NCBI GenBank assembly: GCA_027494135.1
Contig: JAOSJK010000023.1
Span: 12,558-76,557, forward strand
Length of the DNA: 64,000 bases
Direction of reading: 5' to 3'
Source of the DNA: Acidimicrobiia bacterium
Lineage (GTDB): Bacteria; Actinomycetota; Acidimicrobiia; IMCC26256; PALSA-610
The notes beneath the pieces are model-generated. The model saw only the letters and a list, made by a program, of their open reading frames with translations, ran no database searches and was not told the DNA's origin. This document shows, piece after piece, positions 29,520-38,887 of this stretch (position 1 is the stretch's first letter; each line of letters begins with the position of its first letter). Made by a program: the position numbers and the translations under genes.

Positions 29520-30623
29520 TCAAGCGGCTTCGTCCAGCAGCGCGACCAGGCGGTCCTTCCAGCGACCCGTGGATCCCAACGCGAGCGAGAGGAGCTTGGA
29601 GCGCCGCAGGAAGAGATGACAGTCATACTCCCAGGTGAAGCCCACTCCGCCGTGCAGGTGCAGGCTCTCCTGGGAGCACGCCTCGAACGCCTCCGTCGCG
29701 CTGATGCGCGCGAGGCAGGCGGCCGCCGGCAGCTCGTCGCTCTGCGCATGCAGCGCCCAGGCGCCGTAATAGCAATTCGAGCGGGCGAGCTCGACGGCCG
29801 TGTAGAGATCTGCGAGCTGGTGCTTGACCGCCTGGAAGGAGGCGATCGGGCGACCGAAGGCGTAGCGGCTCCGCGCGAACGCGATCGCCTCCTCCAGACA
29901 CCGTTGCGCCCCTCCGAGTTGCTCGAACGCGAAGAGGATCGCGGCGCGATCCTCGAGCCGTGCCAGAAGAGCCGCGCCATCGCCCTGGAGACGCTCCGCG
30001 CGCGTTCCCTCGAACACCAGGCGCGCGAGCGGTCGCGAGGGATCCAGCGATTCCAGCGGTTCGTTCTTCGCTCCGTTCGCCTGGAGGTCGGCCAGGACGA
30101 GCACGCGTCCCCCGGAGGGGTCGCGGGCCAAGACCAGCGCGAGGTTCGCCGCGGCCCCGTCGAGCACCGGCTCCTTCGCGCCGTGGAGGGCGCCGTCGCG
30201 CCACTCCACCCCGGGCTCGGCGGCGACGTGGCCACCAGGACCCTCTGCCGCGGCGAAGGCCCCGATGCGTCGCCCCGCGGCCAGCTCCGGCAGCCACCGG
30301 CGCTGCTGCTCGTCGCTGCCCGCCAGGCGCAGTGCCTCGGTGACGAGATACACGCTCGAGCCGAAGGGGATCGGCGCCAGTGCCCGACCGGTCTCTTCCG
30401 CCAGCAACGCCAGCTCGAGGTAGCCGAATCCGGCTCCGCCGTGGCTCTCGGGAATGGCCGCGCCCGTCCAGCCCATCTCGGCGACGCCGGACCACAGGTC
30501 CGCATCGAGCAGCGCGTCGGACTCGAAGATCTCGCGGACCCTCGACAGGGGCGCCCGCTGCTCGAGGAAGTCGCGCGCGGTCTTCTGCAGCAACCGCTGG
30601 TCTTCGTCGAAGTCGAAGTTCAT
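29520..30623 (-). CDS. acyl-CoA dehydrogenase, beta-type subunit
   Basis: 367-aa ORF with FGRPIASFQAVKH and LHGGVGFTWEYDCHLFLRR. Confidence 0.85.
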   Translation of the reverse strand: MNFDFDEDQRLLQKTARDFLEQRAPLSRVREIFESDALLDADLWSGVAEMGWTGAAIPESHGGAGFGYLELALLAEETGRALAPIPFGSSVYLVTEALRLAGSDEQQRRWLPELAAGRRIGAFAAAEGPGGHVAAEPGVEWRDGALHGAKEPVLDGAAANLALVLARDPSGGRVLVLADLQANGAKNEPLESLDPSRPLARLVFEGTRAERLQGDGAALLARLEDRAAILFAFEQLGGAQRCLEEAIAFARSRYAFGRPIASFQAVKHQLADLYTAVELARSNCYYGAWALHAQSDELPAAACLARISATEAFEACSQESLHLHGGVGFTWEYDCHLFLRRSKLLSLALGSTGRWKDRLVALLDEAA

Positions 30624-30707
30624 TTGCGGGTCCTGCTCCGATGAGATGAGAGGTTCGGTCGTGCTCCCCGACCCGCTTGCGCCCGGGCAGCGAGGCGGAG
30701 GCCCTAG

Positions 30708-31964
30708 CTAGACAGAGGCGCGGAGCCGGTAGCGGATCGGCATGTGCTTGATGCCGCCGACCACGCTGGACCTCAGCCGCTCGACCGGGCCTGCGAGCTC
30801 CACGTGCTCGAGCCTCTGCACCAGGTGACGGAAGATGACTTCCAGCTCGAGGCGCGCGACGTGCGCGCCCAGACAGAAGTGCTCTCCGATCCCGAACGCC
30901 AGATGCCGGTTGGGACGCCGGTCGACGCAAAACTCGTCGGGCCTCTCGAAGACGTCCTCGTCCCGGTTCGCCGACGGATAGAAGAGCACCATCCGCTCGC
31001 CCGCCCGGATGCGCTGGCCGCAGATCTCCACGTCGCGGTTCGGGGTGCGGCAGAAGTGCACCACCGGGGAGGTCCAGCGGAGGATCTCCTCGACGAGAGG
31101 CTTCACGAGACCCGGGTCCGAGCGCACCTTCTCGAGCTCTGCGGGATTCTCGATCAGGGCGAGCAGCCCCCGCTCGTAGCATTGCGGGTGGTCTCGTTAC
31201 CTGCGACGACGAGCAACAGGTAGAAGGAGAGGAGCTCGAATGGCGGCAGCGGCTCGCCATCGATCTCCGAGTTCGCGAGGATGCTGACCAGATCGTCCCG
31301 AGGGCTCTTGCGGCGGTCCTCGGTCATGTCGTTGAAGTAGTGGAAGAGAGCGAGCCGGGCCGCGTCGACGGTCTCGCGGGGGGTCTTGCCCTCCTCGCGG
31401 TACTCCGGGTCCGCAGCGCCGATCGTGCGGTTCGTCCAGTGGAAGAGAAGCTCCCAGTCGGAGCGGGGAACGCCCAGCATCTCCGCGATCACCCAGATCG
31501 GCAGCAGCGCCGAGACGGTCGCGACGAAGTCGGTCTCCGCATGTGCGCCGCCTTCCATCACGCCATCCAGGATCTCGTCGGCAATCGAATCCACCTGCTG
31601 CTTGATGCGCTGCAGGGCACGGGGCGTGAACCGCTGGCTGATGAGGCTCCGGTACGAGCGATGCTCCGGCGGGTCCATGTTCAGGAGCATCCGGATCGGG
31701 AAGTCGTCCTCCCCCGATGCCCTGGTCGTAGCTCATCAGCAGCCTCGGAGCGTTCTCGAACACCTCCGGCCGGCGAGAGGCGAAGACGATGTCCTCGTGC
31801 TTGGTGATCGCCCAGAAGGACTCGCCTTCGTCCCGACCGCACCAGTGCACCGGGCTCTCGCGTCGGAGGCGCGCCCAATCGGCGTGGGGATATCCGTCCT
31901 TCGCGTATCTCCTCGGGTCGAGGATCTCCACGCCCGGTAGCGGCGGCGAGGTGGCGAGCGACAT
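30708..31964 (-). CDS. cytochrome P450 (copy 1), two frame disruptions (C5 runs 31167-31171 and 31711-31715)
   Basis: Three ORF pieces: 31197..31979, 31154..31690 and 30708..31127. ATG at 31964 with an AGGAGG RBS. Motifs: MLLNMDPPEH, I-helix VVAGNETTRNA, heme loop FGIGEHFCLGAHVAR. Confidence 0.85.
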
Positions 31965-31988
31965 GGGAGCCTCCTGCAATGGGATTTC

Positions 31989-32002
31989 ATTCCGATCGGA
32001 AA
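31989..32002. promoter_or_regulatory. operator candidate ATTCCGATCGGAAA (1 mismatch)
   Basis: Lies in the 126-nt gap between the thioesterase stop (32091) and the P450 start (31964), which points to an internal regulated promoter for P450 copy 1. Confidence 0.55.
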
Positions 32003-32090
32003 CAGTAGCACCCGATCATACCAGGATTCGACAGGCGGCGAAGCCTCGGCCTGCTTCGGCGTCTGGTGCGTGTCGGGACCTCGCCGGCGC

Positions 32091-32916
32091 TCACTCCTGC
32101 CGGCGCGGGGCGTTCTTCGAGGCGTCAGGCCAGTTGCCGGCCAGCATCGTGGTGCAGGAGATCCCGGTCGCGACCAGGGCGTTTGGCGTCCGGACCTCGA
32201 TCCGCGTCAGGGCCAGGCCCCCTGGACCCGCTCGAGGCGCGCCGCCGCCACCAGGGTTCGGGGCAGCTCTTCGCTCGCGTTGAAGCGCAGCGACAGGTCC
32301 GGGTTGGGGATCGCGATCGGGCGGCCTCCGGTCGCCGCCCCGACCGGGGGCCCACGGAGATATCGGCAGCGATGCAGGCCGCCTCGGCGCAGGTGCCGGG
32401 CTCGTCCCAGAGGACGCGCACGGAGGTCGCGATCCCGCGCTCATCGTTCCCGACGACGTGGGGATCGAAGGTCTCGATCAGGGGCACGCGGATGCCGGAT
32501 CCGGGGCGCGCCCAGGGCTTTCCCTCGGCGTGGGAGCACCAGCCCTTCGGCGAGCCTGCCTGGCCTGGGTCGTCGACGGACGCGAGCGCGGATGGATCCA
32601 CGAAAGAGATGCTCCCACGCGTGCAGAGCTTGTCCCGCTCGTCGAAGAGGTCGACGCTCACGATGGCGAGGGTCCGGCCCTGATGGAGGATCGTCGGCAC
32701 GGCGTGTGCCGTCCCGGCGGTGAGACCGCGCAGGAAGCGCGCGTCGAGCCCCGCCGGCACCCGCCCGGGGACGGCATCGCGAGCCGTGGCCAGACAGGCC
32801 GCCGCGACCACGCCGCCGTTGGCGCCGCCGAACGCGCCGTGGAGCTCGCGCCCGAGGTCGAAGCGCCAGCTGCCGTCGCCCTGCTTCTCGCCGCCGAGGA
32901 ACTCGAGGAGCTTCAC
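32091..32916 (-). CDS. acyl-CoA thioesterase II-like double hot-dog protein, two frame disruptions (32218-32222 and 32346-32350)
   Basis: The N-terminal 190 aa are in ORF 32125..32916. The middle (PVGAATGGRPIAIPNPDLSLRFNASEELPRTLVAAARLERVQ) is in the third frame. The tail (GGLALTRIEVRTPNALVATGISCTTML) is in ORF 32091..32444. Confidence 0.6.
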
Positions 32917-32917
32917 G

Positions 32918-34606
32918 TCAGTCCGCGTGGCCCCGACGCAGCAGGCGGCCGGGCAGGGGATCCCCCGGAGTGAGTACGTCGGCTCCGTTGCGCCGGAGCA
33001 CGGCTCCGTTCACGATCACCGCGTCGATCCCGAAGGCCTCCGACACGAGGCGATCCGCGCCACCCGGCAGGTCGCTCACGCGTTGGAGGGGCCCTGCACC
33101 GACGGTGGCAGGGTCGAAGACGACCACGTCCGCCGGACGGCCCTCGGCCAGCAGGCCCCGGTCACGGATCCCGAATATCTTCGCGGGGCGCGCGGTGAGC
33201 ATGTGGACCGCCCGCTCCAGCGTGAGCGCCTCTCGCTCGCGCACCCAGCGGGAGAGCAGGTGGGTCGAGAAGCATGCGTCGCAGAGCTGACTCGCGTGCG
33301 CGCCCGCGTCCGAGAGACCGAGCACGGTGTCCGGGTGGGTGAGGAGCTCCTCCACCTCGTCCTCGTCCGTGTTGACCACGGCCATGCGGAAACGGGTCTC
33401 GAGGCGGTCCGTCAGCGACAGGTCGCACAGAAGGTCGATGGGATCGATGCCCCGCTCGCGCGCGACCTCGAGGAGCGGCCGCTCCTCGAGGCTGCGATCG
33501 CTCGGACACCAGGCGATCATCGTGTCGGCCCAGCGTCGTCCGAAGTTCCCCTCCGAGCCAGGCCCCGCCTTCTCCCGAAGCTTCGCCCGGAACTCCGCGT
33601 CTCCGTAGATCCGGCACTTGCCGTCGAAGTCGGCGGCAGACACCGGCTGGAAGAGCGACATGCTCTCGAAGATGAAGGGCTCGCGCAGGTTGAACTCGAA
33701 GTTGAGGGGCCGGCAGGCGACCTGCGGGTAGACCGGGATGCCCTCCTTCACGATCTGGGCGGAGCGCCCGAGCAGGCCGCGGTGAGAGCCCGGTCCCATC
33801 ATCCCGGCGAGCAGGGCCGTCCAGCTCACGGGGCAGCCGGTCTCCCGCGCGAGGGTGGCGAACTCGTCGAAGAAGAGGCCGCGCCCGACCGTGGCCTGCA
33901 TCACCCCGTGCTCGAACTCCGCGAGCGGTGCTGCGAGGGCGCGGATCTCGTCGAGCTCCGCGAGCCGGCTCGGAACGGGACGGCCCTCGTAGCCGACATG
34001 GGTGGTCGACTTCGAGGTGGCGAATCCCAGCGCGCCGGCGCCCAGGGCCTCGCGCACGATCTGCCGCATCTGGCCGATCTCTCCCTCGGTCGCGGGTCGC
34101 TCCGTGGACTCCTCGCCCATCACGTACATGCGCACGGGTGTGTGGCCCACGAGGGCCGCGGCGTTGATCGCCGTCCCGGCCGTCTCGATCGCATCCAGGT
34201 ACTCCGGGAAGGTCTCGAAGGGCCACTCCGCCCCCAGGCCGGCCTGAAGGGCCTCGAGGCTCATGCCCTCCACCTTCTCGAGCGTGCGCAGGATGAGGTC
34301 GCGATGGGCCCGCCGCGTGGGCGCCACGCCGAAGCCGCAGTTCCCCATCACGACCGTCGTGACCCCGTGCCACGGCGAGATCGTGAGCATGCGGTCCCAG
34401 AAGATCTGGGCGTCGTAGTGGGTGTGGATGTCGACGAAGCCGGGTGCGACGACGCGCCCTTCGGCTTCGATGGTCTGCTTCGCAGTGCCCGGTGCATCGC
34501 CGAGCGCCACGATTCGCCCGCCGCGGATCCCAACGTCTCCGCGCCGACGCGGTCCGCCAGACCCGTCGATCACGGTCCCCCCGACGATGCGCAGATCGTA
34601 GTCCAT
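32918..34606 (-). CDS. N-acyl-D-amino-acid deacylase (D-aminoacylase)-like amidohydrolase
   Basis: ORF 32918..34789 trimmed to the ATG at 34606 (MDYDLRIVGGTVIDGSG...) with a GGAGG RBS. Motifs: PGFVDIHTHYD, VVMGNCG. Confidence 0.8.
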   Translation of the reverse strand: MDYDLRIVGGTVIDGSGGPRRRGDVGIRGGRIVALGDAPGTAKQTIEAEGRVVAPGFVDIHTHYDAQIFWDRMLTISPWHGVTTVVMGNCGFGVAPTRRAHRDLILRTLEKVEGMSLEALQAGLGAEWPFETFPEYLDAIETAGTAINAAALVGHTPVRMYVMGEESTERPATEGEIGQMRQIVREALGAGALGFATSKSTTHVGYEGRPVPSRLAELDEIRALAAPLAEFEHGVMQATVGRGLFFDEFATLARETGCPVSWTALLAGMMGPGSHRGLLGRSAQIVKEGIPVYPQVACRPLNFEFNLREPFIFESMSLFQPVSAADFDGKCRIYGDAEFRAKLREKAGPGSEGNFGRRWADTMIAWCPSDRSLEERPLLEVARERGIDPIDLLCDLSLTDRLETRFRMAVVNTDEDEVEELLTHPDTVLGLSDAGAHASQLCDACFSTHLLSRWVREREALTLERAVHMLTARPAKIFGIRDRGLLAEGRPADVVVFDPATVGAGPLQRVSDLPGGADRLVSEAFGIDAVIVNGAVLRRNGADVLTPGDPLPGRLLRRGHAD

Positions 34607-34618
34607 CTCGCCTCCTAG

Positions 34619-36147
34619 CCCTGATCCGGCATTGAGGATCGAGGGGAAACGCCCAAATTGAAAGTGGCCCCGTCGGTGGTACGGATGGAAGTGCAAGCCA
34701 CCACCGTCCTCCGAAAGGGCCACATTCGTGCGACTAAGGAAAGGCTTCCTGAGAGCCCGCGTCAAGGGCGATCTGGAGATTGATTTCACCGAGGAGGCGC
34801 TGACGGCCCACGCGGGTCTGGAGCTCTTCGGGCGCTTCCTGCGGCAGTCTGGATTCGTCGATCGGCTTCGTGGGGTCTTCGCCGACCGCCGCTTCGATAC
34901 GGACTACGGCTCCTGGCGAATGGTGCTGCTCGTCATCGGGCTGCTGCTGGTCGGAGGGAGTCGGCTCCGCCACGGTCGCGTCATGGCTCGTGATCCTCTG
35001 TTTCTCCGCTTCGCGCGACTTCGGCGCATGCCCGATGAGCGGACCCTTGCCCGGTGGCTCGCAGGGATCCTGTCGGGTTTCCGCGAGCGGTTGAACGATC
35101 TGCTCCGTGAGATCGCGTTCACGACCTTCGGTGCCTGCCGGCTCGCACGCGCCACGCTCGACTTCGATGGCACCGTGATCCGTGCGGGCGACCAGGTCGA
35201 TGGCGCCGAGCGAGGCTTCAATCCCCATCACCCGAAGGACCGCTCCTACTACCCGCTCACGGGCCATCTCGCGCAGACCGGTCAGATCCTCGGCGTGTGG
35301 AATCGGCCGGGCAACGTGAACGACTCGGTGGATGCCGTCGAGCACTTGGAAGAGGTCATGGCCAGCGCCCGGAAGGCCCTGGGCGCGATCCCCTTTGAGG
35401 TCCGACTGGATGGTGCTTTCTGCCAGAGGGCCGTTTTCGAGTGCCTCACGGCCTCTGGCGCCGAATACGCTGTGCGGGTCCCCAAGTGGCATTGGCTCGG
35501 CATCCGCGAGGTGATGGCGAAGCGCAAGCGCTGGAAGCGCATCGGACGGCGTCTCGAGGCCTTCTCCGTGCAGCACCGGATCGCGAAGTGGAACCGGACG
35601 GAACGGATCGTCGTCTTCCGCAAGCACCTTTCGGGCAAGTCCAAGAAGGGCTTCCAACTCGACCTCTTCCAGCCCGACGACGGCCAGTACGAGTACTCGA
35701 TGGTGGCCACGAACAAGGCGGTGAGCGAGCGCACCGTGTGGGACTTCATGGCGGGCCGCGGGGGCCACGAGAAGACGCTGGCCGAGCTGAAGCAGCACCT
35801 GGCCTTCGGGTCGGTCGTGACCCAGGACTGGGATGCCAACAGCACCTGGCAGCTGCTGTCGGCCATGACCCACAACCTCGTGCGTCAATTCCAGATCGAG
35901 ATGGGAGCGAAGCCGCGGAAGAACGGCCGCAAGCGCACCTACCGCTTCACGCTCCCCTCATTGCGCAGCTTCCGCTTCGAGCTGCTCCATCTCCCGGGCA
36001 AGCTCGCCCGGCCCGCCGGCCGGATGCAGCTCAGGATCGCCGCCGCGCCCGACTCGCAACGCCAGATCCGAGCCATCGAGAGGAAGCTCGCCGCCTGAGC
36101 TCCGACCCGGCTACCCTGAATCCCGTGATTTCAATGCCGGATCAGGG
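34619..36147 (+). mobile_element. IS1380-family insertion sequence (about 1.53 kb) flanked by a CTAG duplication
   Basis: A perfect 22-bp terminal inverted repeat, CCTAGCCCTGATCCGGCATTGA, at 34614-34635 matches the reverse complement of 36131-36152. CTAG occurs at 34615-34618 and 36148-36151. The element carries a single DDE transposase ORF. Confidence 0.85.
34728..36098 (+). CDS. IS1380-family DDE transposase
   Basis: 456-aa ORF (GTG start) with FTEEALTAHAGLELF and GFNPHHPKDRSYYPL, typical of the family as I recall it. Confidence 0.8.
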   Translation: MRLRKGFLRARVKGDLEIDFTEEALTAHAGLELFGRFLRQSGFVDRLRGVFADRRFDTDYGSWRMVLLVIGLLLVGGSRLRHGRVMARDPLFLRFARLRRMPDERTLARWLAGILSGFRERLNDLLREIAFTTFGACRLARATLDFDGTVIRAGDQVDGAERGFNPHHPKDRSYYPLTGHLAQTGQILGVWNRPGNVNDSVDAVEHLEEVMASARKALGAIPFEVRLDGAFCQRAVFECLTASGAEYAVRVPKWHWLGIREVMAKRKRWKRIGRRLEAFSVQHRIAKWNRTERIVVFRKHLSGKSKKGFQLDLFQPDDGQYEYSMVATNKAVSERTVWDFMAGRGGHEKTLAELKQHLAFGSVVTQDWDANSTWQLLSAMTHNLVRQFQIEMGAKPRKNGRKRTYRFTLPSLRSFRFELLHLPGKLARPAGRMQLRIAAAPDSQRQIRAIERKLAA

Positions 36148-37255
36148 CTAGGCCGGCAGACCGTAGAGCCTCCGCCACGTTGTCGTGCAGGATCCAGTCC
36201 TTCTGCTGCTCGGTGAGCTTGCGCGTGTGCTCCTCGAGCACGTCCTGGGACCACGGCCAGGTGGAGTCGCTGTGGGGGAAGTCGTTGGCCCACATGATCC
36301 GACGCGGGTTCGCCATCTCGAGCATCTGGAATGCCACCCAGTCGTCCTGGAAGGTCACGTAGATGTTCTCGCGGAAGTACTCGCTCGGAAGCTTCGAGAG
36401 CGTGCCCGCGGGAAGCCAGTGGCGGTGCCGCTTGTAGGCGTGGTCCATCCGGTACATGTAGTGCGGCACCCAGCCTGCATCCGCCTCGACGCAGACCACC
36501 TTGAGCTTCGGGTGGCGCTCGAAGACCCCGCCGAGGACCAGGGTGCCCATGATGTCCTGGCAGCCGCGGATCACGGAGAGGAAGCCGTTGAGACGCGGCC
36601 CCCGTACCCTCTGGCCGCCGAGGCTGTCGTCGCGTCCCGTGAGGATGTGGAACGAGAGGGGCAGGCCGATGTCGACCGCCGCCTCCCAGAAGGGGTCGTA
36701 GACCGGATCGTCGTAGTCCGCGATCTGCGGATTGCCCGGCATCATGACACCGCGGAGACCGAGCTCCTGGATGCGACGGAGGTCCGCGATGCCCTCCTCC
36801 GGGGAGCGCATCGCGGTCTGCCCCGCCCCGAAGAGCCGATCGGGATGAGCGGCACAGTACTCGGCGATCCAGAGGTTGTAGGCGTCGAAGCACGCCTTCT
36901 TGTAATCGAAATCCGGGTGATTGCAGAGCACCATGCCGACCGTGGGATAGATCACCTCGGCCGCGATGCCGTCGCGGTCCTGGTCGGTGAGCCGTGCATC
37001 CGGATCCCAGCCACCGCGGTGGAGATCGTCGAACAGCACGCCGCTCACCCGGATCTCTTCCGCGGGCTTTCCGGCCGCCGCGACCAGCCCCATGGGCACC
37101 GGGGTCCCCATGCCCTCCACGACGAATACGTCGCCGAGCTTCTCGCTTCGTTCCATGCGCGGGGCGCGATCCCGGAAGCGCTTGTCGATTCTGGCTGTGT
37201 AGGTGTCCGGCGGCTCTGTGATGTGGGAATCGGCGGAGATGATGCGGCGGCTCAT
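36131..37255 (-). CDS. amidohydrolase_2 family protein (native stop TAG at 36148-36150; as read it runs 17 nt into the IS terminal repeat)
   Basis: ATG at 37255 overlaps the LLM stop (ATGA). Motifs: MSRRIISADSHITEP, GGVFERHPKLKVVCVEADAGW, NDFPHSDSTWP. An extra base at 36166-36172 replaces the expected tail ELYGLPA* with EALRSAGLALIRH*. Confidence 0.85.
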   Translation of the reverse strand: MSRRIISADSHITEPPDTYTARIDKRFRDRAPRMERSEKLGDVFVVEGMGTPVPMGLVAAAGKPAEEIRVSGVLFDDLHRGGWDPDARLTDQDRDGIAAEVIYPTVGMVLCNHPDFDYKKACFDAYNLWIAEYCAAHPDRLFGAGQTAMRSPEEGIADLRRIQELGLRGVMMPGNPQIADYDDPVYDPFWEAAVDIGLPLSFHILTGRDDSLGGQRVRGPRLNGFLSVIRGCQDIMGTLVLGGVFERHPKLKVVCVEADAGWVPHYMYRMDHAYKRHRHWLPAGTLSKLPSEYFRENIYVTFQDDWVAFQMLEMANPRRIMWANDFPHSDSTWPWSQDVLEEHTRKLTEQQKDWILHDNVAEALRSAGLALIRH

Positions 37256-38427
37256 GCGGCTCCTGTCTCGCTGACCCCTACGCGGGGCAGTACCTCGGTG
37301 GCGAAACGCTCGATCGAGCGCATCAGCTTTCCGTGAGGGATCAGCCCGTTGTACGTCCAGGCGAAGAGCCAGCGCGCCGGCAGCCGCTCCAGCACCCGCT
37401 CGAGCTGCCGGCAGACCGTGTCCACCGTGCCGACGAGCGCCATGCCCTCCGCGAACAGATCGGGGGCCTCTCCCGTCTCGGGGTCGACCATGCCCTTGCT
37501 GAAGCCGAAGGGCTCGAACCAGGCCGCCCCCACGTAGGCGCCGGAGTCCGCCCAGAGAGCGAGCGCCTCCTCGTCCGAGTCGGCGATGACCACGTCGCGC
37601 AGCAGACCCAGACCGTCTCCCCTCGGTCGACCCGAGACCTCCGCATAGAGGTCGAAGAGCTTCGACTCGAGGGAAGGATGGAGCGGCGGAAGGATCGCCG
37701 TAACACCCTCCTCGGCGCACCACCGGATGCTCCGCTCGGACGACGCGAAGGGCTGGAAGATTGGAGGGTGTGGCTTCTGGAGTGGCTTCGGCACGACGCC
37801 GAGCTGCTCGACGATTCCGTCCCGCACCCCGGCCCCGAGGCGGTTCGTCGTCTCCAGATCCCAAGGCGTCGGCCCGGCGGGGATCCGCCAGTACTTCCCG
37901 TCGTAGTCGAGCAGGTCCTCGGTCCACGCGCGCTTGACGATGCGGTAGCACTCCTCGAAGGCGGCGCGGTTCGCGGCGTCGATCTCGTCGTGCTCGTGGG
38001 GCAGGGCGCCGTGGATGCCGTGGGTCTGCTGGGCCATCGTGTCCACCCAGCGCCGCTGGTAGCCCCGCGCGAAGCCGGCACAGGCGCGTCCGCCGGACAT
38101 GTGGTCGAGCATGGCGATGTCCTCGGCGACGCGGATCGGGTTCTGGGCGGGAAGCACGATCCCGAGCTGCCCGACGCGGATCCGCTTCGTCTGCATGGCC
38201 ACGAAGAGGTCGAGCAGCACCGGGTTGTTCGAGAGCTCGAAGCCCTCGATGTGGAAGTGGTGCTCCGTGAAGCTGATCGAGTCGTAGCCCAGGTCGTCTG
38301 CGAGGCGCGCCTGCTCGCCCAGCTCAGTGAGCATCCTCGTGTAGAGCTCGGGACGCAGACCCGCGAGGCCCTTCTCGATCTCCTCGCGGCTGCCGATCGA
38401 GGGAAGGTAGAAGAGGGACGTCTTCAC
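37252..38427 (-). CDS. luciferase-like (LLM class) flavin-dependent monooxygenase
   Basis: 391-aa ORF with ISFTEHHF and VGQLGIVLPAQNPIRVAEDIAMLDHMSGGR. Confidence 0.85.
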   Translation of the reverse strand: MKTSLFYLPSIGSREEIEKGLAGLRPELYTRMLTELGEQARLADDLGYDSISFTEHHFHIEGFELSNNPVLLDLFVAMQTKRIRVGQLGIVLPAQNPIRVAEDIAMLDHMSGGRACAGFARGYQRRWVDTMAQQTHGIHGALPHEHDEIDAANRAAFEECYRIVKRAWTEDLLDYDGKYWRIPAGPTPWDLETTNRLGAGVRDGIVEQLGVVPKPLQKPHPPIFQPFASSERSIRWCAEEGVTAILPPLHPSLESKLFDLYAEVSGRPRGDGLGLLRDVVIADSDEEALALWADSGAYVGAAWFEPFGFSKGMVDPETGEAPDLFAEGMALVGTVDTVCRQLERVLERLPARWLFAWTYNGLIPHGKLMRSIERFATEVLPRVGVSETGAA

Positions 38428-38454
38428 GCTGGGGCCCTCACGGGAAGTCGGCGA

Positions 38455-38883
38455 TCACGACAGAGACGCGCGGAACATGGGGAGCGCGACGGCGTCGCTC
38501 ACGCGCTCGAATTCGAGGGTGACGGGAAGGTCGATCTCGAGCTTCTCGGGTTCCACACCACGCAGATGGCTGACCATGCGGACGCCTTCGTTCAGCTCGA
38601 TCACGGCGACGATGTAGGGAACGTCGGGAAGGAACTGGGGCAGGCTCGGCTGGTGCGTCACTGTCCAGGAGTAGAGTCGGCCCAGGCCCGACGACTCCTT
38701 CCAGATCCAGTCGCCGGAGCCGCAGTGGGCGCAGAACGAGCGGGGCAGGTGGCGCCATGTCTCACACGATGCGCAGACCTGGAAGCAGAGCCGCTCGTCC
38801 GCGCAGTGGCTCCAGAACTCCTCGTCGAGCCGGTTCTCGGGGCTCGGCGTCGGCTTCGGAGATCGCACGGTCTTCTCGCTCAT
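38455..38883 (-). CDS. DUF35 OB-fold / zinc-ribbon protein
   Basis: 142 aa with the ribbon CASCETWRHLPRSFCAHCGS, followed by the OB fold GRLYSWTVTH...IVAVIELNEGVRM. Confidence 0.85.
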   Translation of the reverse strand: MSEKTVRSPKPTPSPENRLDEEFWSHCADERLCFQVCASCETWRHLPRSFCAHCGSGDWIWKESSGLGRLYSWTVTHQPSLPQFLPDVPYIVAVIELNEGVRMVSHLRGVEPEKLEIDLPVTLEFERVSDAVALPMFRASLS

Positions 38884-38887
38884 ATCC

